Assembly: GCA_036507075.1 (NCBI GenBank)
Contig: DASXQR010000013.1
Span: 1 to 51,373, forward strand
From: Acidobacteriota bacterium
Lineage (GTDB): Bacteria; Acidobacteriota; UBA6911; JACQSX01
Direction of reading: 5' to 3'
DNA length: 51,373 bases
Shown here: positions 45,220 through 51,373 of the stretch, in pieces
Position numbering within the stretch: position 1 is the stretch's first letter
Layout of the letters: each line of letters starts with the position of its first letter
Notes under the pieces: generated by a model
Seen by the model: only the letters and a program-made list of their open reading frames with translations
Database searches by the model: none
Told to the model about the DNA's origin: nothing
Translations under genes and position numbers: made by a program

Positions 45220-46638
45220 ATGCATGTGGCGCCTGTTGCCAGCAACAGTCTCACGCTTAGATTGAAAATTACCAACCGTCCCGGGATGCTGGGTCGTGTT
45301 ACTTCCGTCATCGGTAAGGCCGGCGGGGATCTGGGGGCCATCGACCTGGTTGACGTCACCGGACAGTTCACCATTCGCGACATAACCGTCAATGTGCGCG
45401 ACGAGAAGCATGGCGACCGCATTATTCAGGCCGTTTCCAGACTCAAGACGGTCAAACTTGTCAACGTCAGCGACCTGACCTTCCTGATGCATCTCGGTGG
45501 AAAAATAGAAGTGGTTTCAAAGTTCCCGTTGCGCACGCGGGCGGATCTTTCGCGGGCTTATACACCGGGCGTGGCGCGAGTGTGCCTGGCCATTGCCGAG
45601 GACAAGGCCAAAGTACATTCTCTAACGGTCAAGAAGAATACGGTGGCGGTTGTCACTGATGGATCTGCCATTCTGGGTCTGGGGAATCTCGGACCGGAAG
45701 CGGCGCTGCCTGTAATGGAAGGCAAGGCGATGTTGTTCAAGGATTTCGGCGGCGTTGACGCCTTCCCCATCGCCCTTGCCACTCAGGATACCGACCAGAT
45801 CGTGCAGGCCTGCAAGCTGATAGCTCCGGTATTTGGGGGAATCAACCTGGAGGACATCTCTGCGCCGCGGTGTTTTGAGGTGGAGGATCGTCTCAAAGCG
45901 GAGCTGGACATTCCCGTCATGCACGATGATCAGCACGGTACCGCCGTGGTGGTATTGGCGGCGCTGATCAATTCGCTTCGAATCGTCAAAAAGAAACCGG
46001 AAAAGCTGAAAGTGGTGGTTGCGGGAATCGGCGCGGCCGGCGTTGCCTGCACCAAAATCCTGATGGCCTACGGGGTGCGGCAATTCATCGGAGTCGATCG
46101 CGAAGGGGCCCTTTACAAAGGACGGACCAGCAACATGAATCCGGCCAAGGTCTGGTATGCCGAGAACACCAATGCGCGGGGATTTCGAGGTACGCTCGAG
46201 GATGCGCTGCCAGGCGCGGATGTTTTCATCGGCCTTTCCGGACCCAATACGGTCAAGCCGAAGTGGTTGAAGAAGATGGCAAAAAACGCGATTGTGTTTG
46301 CGATGGCCAATCCCGATCCCGAAATCATGCCCGAAAAGGCCGCTCCCTACGTACGCATCATGGCTACCGGACGGAGCGATTACCCGAACCAGATCAACAA
46401 CGTGCTGGCTTTTCCCGGGATCTTCCGGGGAGCTCTCGATTGCCGCGCCCGCGAGATCAACGAGCCAATGAAACTAGCCGCCGCCGAGGCGATCGCCTCC
46501 ATCATCGGCCCGACAGAGCTGAGCGAGGATTATGTGATCCCTTCTGTATTCGACAAGCGCGTAGCCAAAGCAGTGGCGCGCGAAGTGATCCGCGCCGCCC
46601 AGAAATCAGGCGCCGCCCGTCGAGAACGCAGGCGCTAG
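45220..46638 (+). CDS. NAD(P)-dependent malic enzyme with N-terminal ACT domain
   Basis: NRPGMLGRV (ACT), AYTPGVA, VMEGKA, INLEDI, HDDQHGTA, GIGAAG, FAMANPDPEI, ATGRSDYPNQINN. Confidence 0.95.
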   Translation: MHVAPVASNSLTLRLKITNRPGMLGRVTSVIGKAGGDLGAIDLVDVTGQFTIRDITVNVRDEKHGDRIIQAVSRLKTVKLVNVSDLTFLMHLGGKIEVVSKFPLRTRADLSRAYTPGVARVCLAIAEDKAKVHSLTVKKNTVAVVTDGSAILGLGNLGPEAALPVMEGKAMLFKDFGGVDAFPIALATQDTDQIVQACKLIAPVFGGINLEDISAPRCFEVEDRLKAELDIPVMHDDQHGTAVVVLAALINSLRIVKKKPEKLKVVVAGIGAAGVACTKILMAYGVRQFIGVDREGALYKGRTSNMNPAKVWYAENTNARGFRGTLEDALPGADVFIGLSGPNTVKPKWLKKMAKNAIVFAMANPDPEIMPEKAAPYVRIMATGRSDYPNQINNVLAFPGIFRGALDCRAREINEPMKLAAAEAIASIIGPTELSEDYVIPSVFDKRVAKAVAREVIRAAQKSGAARRERRR

Positions 46639-46853
46639 CCTGGATTATTCATAAAAGAACTTAACCGCTAAGAACACCAAGAACGCCAAGAGAGCGCCAA
46701 GGACGGGGACTGAAACTTGAAGCATGAAGAACAACGCAGACAGAAGAAAGGGTTAATCGCCTTCATGCTTCAAGTTTCAGCCCCCGTCCTTGGCGCTTTT
46801 CTTAGTGTTCTTAGCGTTCTTGGCGGTTAAGTTTTATGAATAATCCAGGCTAG
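46635..46853. mobile_element. Fully palindromic MITE-like element flanked by CTAG
   Basis: CTAG-CCTGGATTATTCATAAAA...TTTTATGAATAATCCAGG-CTAG. Arms pair over about 90 bp with a loop of about 30 nt, and there is no ORF. Confidence 0.8.
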
Positions 46854-46901
46854 TCGCCTGTGCTTGATTTTTGCAACGTCCCCAAGACACAATACCGCTC
46901 C

Positions 46902-47291
46902 ATGCGCAAAACTCTATTTTTATTTATTTCATCTGTGGTTTTTCTGCCTGCCTGTTCGGGGGGCGAGCAACCGAAGGAGCGAGTCAAGATCAAACAACCG
47001 GCTCCGCAAAAGGGTAAAACCGAAACGTGGCAGATCCAGCATGATTTATGGGTCACCGATTCGGACCGTGACCTGGCGCGCGAGATTCGCCAAGTCCTGA
47101 TCGATGACGCCGAAACAGTCCCCTTTGCTGAAGCCGTTGCCATCGAGGTAAACAACGGGGCGGTGGTATTGCGCGGATCGGGAGCCTACACGCTGGCCGA
47201 TGCCGAGTGGCAGTCAGTCGGCCGCCGGGCCAAGTCGGTGAAAGGCGTAAAGAGCGTGGAGGTTAAGTCACGCGTGGATGCGGCCGAGTAG
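46902..47291 (+). CDS. BON-domain lipoprotein
   Basis: Lipobox FLPAC; SDRDLAREIRQVL...IEVNNGAVVLRG...AKSVKGVKSV. Confidence 0.78.
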   Translation: MRKTLFLFISSVVFLPACSGGEQPKERVKIKQPAPQKGKTETWQIQHDLWVTDSDRDLAREIRQVLIDDAETVPFAEAVAIEVNNGAVVLRGSGAYTLADAEWQSVGRRAKSVKGVKSVEVKSRVDAAE

Positions 47292-47317
47292 GGGAGGGTT
47301 TTGGGGCGTGGGGGAGC

Positions 47318-47532
47318 GGGGGACGGAGGGATGGAGAGATTGAGGGACGGAGAGACTGAGGGATGGAGGGACGGAGAGACTGAGGGATTGGATATCCGGC
47401 GTCACGTTCACCTCAATCCGTCAATCTTTCCGTCCCTCCGTTCCTCCGTCCCTCCGTCCCTCAATCCCTCCGTCCCTCAGTCCCTCCGTCCCTCCGTCCC
47501 TCCGTCCCTCCGTCCCTCCGTCCCTCAATCTC
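47318..47532. repeat. Octamer-armed hairpin (GAGGGACG / CGTCCCTC) between convergent genes
   Basis: Purine-rich units at 47318-47390 and complementary units at about 47412-47532. Confidence 0.9.
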
Positions 47533-48997
47533 AGATAATCCGGCGGCTGCGGCCGGGATCGGTTGTAAGGAATAACTCGTTGACCGGTTCGTAGTATCCA
47601 TCCTTGGCGCTGGGAACATACTCAAACCCGCGTTTGATCGGGTCATCATAACGCACCGTCGTCCAGTCAATTCCCAGCGTCGAGTAAACCGTGGCAAAAA
47701 CGTCTTCGGCGCGGATATCGCGATTGGCCTTCCATCCATAGTCGACCGGCTTGTTCTGGCTTCCCATGGCGTCCGTCTGTCCGACGATGCCGTAGGGGCG
47801 CACATTGGCTCCGGCAAACACGACAAACTGGCGCAGATAGTGATCGCGCCCGCCGTTGTTGGTCACGCGACCGATGGTGCGTCCAAACTCACCCTGCATG
47901 ACAATCAGAGTCTCATCCAGCAGCGTCTTGCCCGGGGTTTCGGGAGAAGCAGTATTCCTCAACTCCTTGATCAACTGGCCCAGACCGGCGTCCAGGCGAT
48001 TGGCTGCCTGATAAATGCCGGTCTGCGCGTAGATGTTGTTGTGCATATCCCAGCCGCCGAACGAAATCGTGATAAAGCGCGTGCCGCGATTTACCTTCAG
48101 CAGCTTGGACGTCACCAGACAGGCGTCGCCAAAGCCGTTCAATCCATTGGGAGGGGCCCAGGCGGTACGCTCGGCGGCTGTGAAGCGGAACGCATCTCCT
48201 ACCTGGGCATTGCTCATCAGCGTAATGGCTGATTGTGTGAAATCATCCATGTCTTCGGCGGCTTTACCGATGGGAGATTCCAATCGCAGCGGAGAATCGA
48301 TTTCCTGCAGGAGCTTGTAGCGGTCAGTAAAGCGCGTGGCGCCGTCCGGATGGATCAGAGCTCCCACTCCGTTCTGATTGGCGCCTACCGAGAAAGGGGA
48401 ATACCGGGTCGGCAGATATCCGGCTCCCGGAATTTGGCCCGTGTTCAGCGCAACGAAGCCGGGGAGCACATCCGAAGGACGGCGTTTGGAGTCAAGTTCC
48501 AGCGCCACCACGGCGCCGATATGAGGGCTGATGTTGCCCAGCGGGCCGGTCGGGTTGCGTCCGATCTGCGACCAGGTGCGCGCCAACTGATGGACGGCAG
48601 CGCGGGCCAGAACAGAGCGGGCAATGGCAATGCGGTCCAACTGATCCGACAGGACCGGAAACAATCTTCGCGAAAGAGTGACGCCGTTGTAAGTTTCAGG
48701 CGCAAAATCCGCGGGAGTACTGTCGGTCTGCTTGAAGTCGAAAGTATCCACGTGACTGGGAGCACCGTCCAGGAAGATGAAAACCACGTTCTTGGCCGAT
48801 CCAATGGTCTGAACTTTGGACTGCGCCAGCACGTCGATGGAACGCGTCACGCGCGTAAAGTAATAGCCTGTGAGCGCGCTCCCCGCGATGCGGAAGAACT
48901 GGCGGCGGCTGAAGCCCTCTCCAAACAGGAATGGCAGCCGGGTGTGCTTCCCGTCGCAGCCTTTTCGATGGTCACAAACTTTCGTCTCGTCGATCAT
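47531..48997 (-). CDS. DUF1501 family protein
   Basis: SRRQFF, NVVFIFLDGAPSHVDTFD, GGWDMH, LLDETLIVMQGEFGRT...GGRDH. Confidence 0.92.
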   Translation of the reverse strand: MIDETKVCDHRKGCDGKHTRLPFLFGEGFSRRQFFRIAGSALTGYYFTRVTRSIDVLAQSKVQTIGSAKNVVFIFLDGAPSHVDTFDFKQTDSTPADFAPETYNGVTLSRRLFPVLSDQLDRIAIARSVLARAAVHQLARTWSQIGRNPTGPLGNISPHIGAVVALELDSKRRPSDVLPGFVALNTGQIPGAGYLPTRYSPFSVGANQNGVGALIHPDGATRFTDRYKLLQEIDSPLRLESPIGKAAEDMDDFTQSAITLMSNAQVGDAFRFTAAERTAWAPPNGLNGFGDACLVTSKLLKVNRGTRFITISFGGWDMHNNIYAQTGIYQAANRLDAGLGQLIKELRNTASPETPGKTLLDETLIVMQGEFGRTIGRVTNNGGRDHYLRQFVVFAGANVRPYGIVGQTDAMGSQNKPVDYGWKANRDIRAEDVFATVYSTLGIDWTTVRYDDPIKRGFEYVPSAKDGYYEPVNELFLTTDPGRSRRII

Positions 48998-49035
48998 AAT
49001 GAAACCTCAATCGAGGCGGCTTGCCGTCGCCGCGA

Positions 49036-51033
49036 TCAATAATTGAACATGAAGTCGACTTTGTTCAACAGAACGAACTGAAGGTCTTCCACGCGATTTG
49101 CCAGCGTTCCCTTGGTCATATAGGTGACGCCGGAGGCCTGCTCGGACGGAGTCGGGCGCCGGGACAGCGTGGCCAGGTACAGCTCGTTCACCAGATCTAC
49201 CGGCGCCAGATTCTTCCGAAGCAACTGCGAAACCGTGCTGGAGCCGTTGTTCTTGATGCGGCGGATCACAAACTGGTTGTTGAACATATTCAATTCCTGC
49301 AGCAGCGACGACTCCCCTGAGCGCGGAATAACGTCCCGGTCGCCCCTCAGAAACACGGTCAGAAAATTAAACGACTCTCCAACATTGTTCCCGGCCTTGG
49401 TATCCGGTAGCTGCATCGCCCAGGCCAGCTTTTCCACCCGGTACTGCCAGGTAGGCGGTGAACCCACCGGGACATTCGTGTTGTAGAAGATGTATTCCTT
49501 GTCAAACAGCGGATTGGGCGGCATACTCGTGGCCTTCACGATCGCGTCGTGAATCTGTTCCGCAGTCAGCCGCTTCGGGAACTTACGGGCAAAGTACGGG
49601 ATGTATGTATCCGACCATTCGCCGTCGTAGCGGGTTGATAACTGGTAAGTGGCCGACTTCAGGATCACTTCCACCAGGCGGAAGAAATTGTAATTGGTGT
49701 CGATAAAGTAATCGGCCAGCTTTTCCAGCAGAATCGGATGCGTCGGCTGAACGTCCCATCCTTCGGGAAGCTGAGCATTCGGATCCAGTCTTGCCGGATC
49801 AAAATTGTCGGCGGGCTCCACCAGCCCCAGGCCAAACAGATCCTTCCACACGTAATTGACCGCGGCACGCGCAAACTGCCGGTTCTTGACAACGTGTCGA
49901 GCCAACGCGACGCGATACGGCTCACCTGCCGCCGGCGCCTCCCCGCTGAGGATAAAGGAAGGCTTCACAAATTCGTTCGACTTTCCCGTGCGCGGAGTCT
50001 TGTTTCCGTTGTTGGTGTTAAGCGTGTATTCGCGCGTGGGCACCTCGTTAATGCGATAACGATAAAGTCTGTTATTGGCATTGCGGGGATCCACGACTGC
50101 TTCCTGCACGATCGCCGCTCCCACGTTTGCTGAATTATTGGCGCCGCTGATCTTGGCAAAGTAGGCTCCCATGCCCCAGAAGTCGTAGCGGCTTTTTTGG
50201 GTCAAAAACAGATTGATGGTGTTGGTGTGCCCGGCGCCGTTGTGGCAGGAAATGCAATTCAGGCTCATCCCCATGAAGTGCTTCCCCACGGCCTCGGCCA
50301 GATTGTCCCAGGTGTCGTGCACCGGCCCGTTTGCCTGCCTCCAGCGGGCGATGTAATTGGCAGGACCGTTCTCCCACGTGGTGACAGTCGGGCTGGTAGT
50401 TGCGGTAATCAGATCGGTCGCAAATTCGCTGTAGGGCTTGTTATCGGCCACCGATTGGCGAATGTAGTCGTACCAGACGTTCCGTCCCTGGTTGTAAAGA
50501 TTGACGCCCGTTTGGTTGGAATTTCCAACCTCTTCGGTCAGATCGCCCAGAAAAAGCGCCCAGCGGTCCGCGTATTCCGGAGTACGCATGAGCTGATCGA
50601 TCAAACGATTCCTCTTTTCGCTGTCGGTGCTTGCCAGGAACTCGCGCACGTCATCGGCAGAAGGGATTCGTCCCGTAACATCCAGGTAAACGCGGCGCAC
50701 GAATTCTTCATCCGAGCACTGCGGCGCCGGAGAAATTCCTGCCTGCTGCAGCTTGCCGATGATTTCCCAGTCGATGAAGCCCTTCGGCTCCATGGTGGCG
50801 GTGGCGTTCCCCGGAGCTGAGGGAAGTTTCTTCAACCGCGCGGCGATGCGCCCGTACTCGCGGTCGCGCCGCGCTTCGTTGGAGAGAAACATCTCCTTGT
50901 GCCCGGCATAAAAAGTGCAGTCGGCAAAGGCTTCGTCCTCGGACGAGCCCTTGGCCGATTGCGATGGATAGATAACGACCCCAAAAGCGGCCGCCAGTAC
51001 TCCCAGCATTAGAAGAAGGGCTTTTCTCTTCAT
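49036..51033 (-). CDS. DUF1549/DUF1553 family protein with one CxxCH
   Basis: CSDEEFVRRVYLDVTGRIP, DNKPY, CISCH, FARAAVN, GLGLVEP, PTHP.LL, RLTAEQIHDA, ELYLATLSR. ATG 51033 precedes the signal peptide (alternative 51093). Confidence 0.92.
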   Translation of the reverse strand: MKRKALLLMLGVLAAAFGVVIYPSQSAKGSSEDEAFADCTFYAGHKEMFLSNEARRDREYGRIAARLKKLPSAPGNATATMEPKGFIDWEIIGKLQQAGISPAPQCSDEEFVRRVYLDVTGRIPSADDVREFLASTDSEKRNRLIDQLMRTPEYADRWALFLGDLTEEVGNSNQTGVNLYNQGRNVWYDYIRQSVADNKPYSEFATDLITATTSPTVTTWENGPANYIARWRQANGPVHDTWDNLAEAVGKHFMGMSLNCISCHNGAGHTNTINLFLTQKSRYDFWGMGAYFAKISGANNSANVGAAIVQEAVVDPRNANNRLYRYRINEVPTREYTLNTNNGNKTPRTGKSNEFVKPSFILSGEAPAAGEPYRVALARHVVKNRQFARAAVNYVWKDLFGLGLVEPADNFDPARLDPNAQLPEGWDVQPTHPILLEKLADYFIDTNYNFFRLVEVILKSATYQLSTRYDGEWSDTYIPYFARKFPKRLTAEQIHDAIVKATSMPPNPLFDKEYIFYNTNVPVGSPPTWQYRVEKLAWAMQLPDTKAGNNVGESFNFLTVFLRGDRDVIPRSGESSLLQELNMFNNQFVIRRIKNNGSSTVSQLLRKNLAPVDLVNELYLATLSRRPTPSEQASGVTYMTKGTLANRVEDLQFVLLNKVDFMFNY

Positions 51034-51215
51034 AGGCTTTCCGTTTGCACCCCACACCCCGAAGGCAATTTTAACGCTGTGCATATTGTACATTAACTTG
51101 GAAGGGTTAAGATGTTTTTAGGAGCAAAAAGTGGGTCGGAAGGTCTTTGGGACCTTATTGTCAGGCGGGTGACTCCAGTCACCCGAATCGGGCGGGAAAA
51201 AGGGCTGTGTCGGGG

Positions 51216-51247
51216 TTGGTTAATAGTCATTAGTCATTGGTCATTAA
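51216..51247. repeat. Short heptamer array (GTCATTR)
   Basis: ...TAGTCATTAGTCATTGGTCATTAA directly before the IS end. Confidence 0.75.
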
Positions 51248-51373
51248 GGGTATTTACTTGACTCCACCTACCACAACATATAGTTATTTTGCCCGTGCGC
51301 GAAGATTACCCCCGGACGCTCCCAGAGTTGGAGGCTCGGTTCAGCACAGAAGCCGCATGCTTGGCGTATCTGT
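51248..51373 (+). mobile_element. IS1595-family insertion sequence, left end (truncated by the window)
   Basis: Candidate terminus GGGTATTTACTTGACTC followed by the transposase start at 51295. Confidence 0.75.
51295..51373 (+). CDS. IS1595-family transposase, first 26 codons
   Basis: GTG start; MREDYPRTLPELEARFSTEAACLAYL matches the DYP....F.TE..C..YL pattern that precedes the Zn ribbon. Confidence 0.78.
   Translation, partial: MREDYPRTLPELEARFSTEAACLAYL

Noticed and set aside
47301..47594. 97-aa ORF with RDGETEG/PSVPQSL repeats
   Set aside because: Translation of the octamer hairpin.

Overview
Bacterial DNA, most likely Acidobacteriota (inferred from an Oar-type TonB-dependent receptor, an ADOP-like permease fragment, DUF1592/DUF1552 and DUF1549-1553/DUF1501 pairs, and a characteristic integrase fragment). 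The window holds about 35 intact genes, mostly envelope and periplasmic redox proteins, plus three type II toxin-antitoxin modules (one decayed), at least six gene fragments and the start of an IS1595-family element at the right edge. The best candidate for an undescribed system is a two-gene locus at 19860-24264. It pairs a probable lipoprotein ending in a Cys-rich DUF4329/JAB-like toxin-type domain (no RHS core, no obvious immunity gene) with a large partner carrying propeller-like, HMNGGHY, CARDB-like and six 63-aa repeat modules. It sits between broken genes and TA modules. Other points of interest: a fluoride riboswitch with an inserted hairpin ahead of a cation:proton antiporter, an orphan copy of the TonB-receptor promoter, an active/degenerate GGDEF pair, several probably leaderless promoters and many families of small palindromic elements. 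All family calls are from motif recognition by eye; no searches were run.
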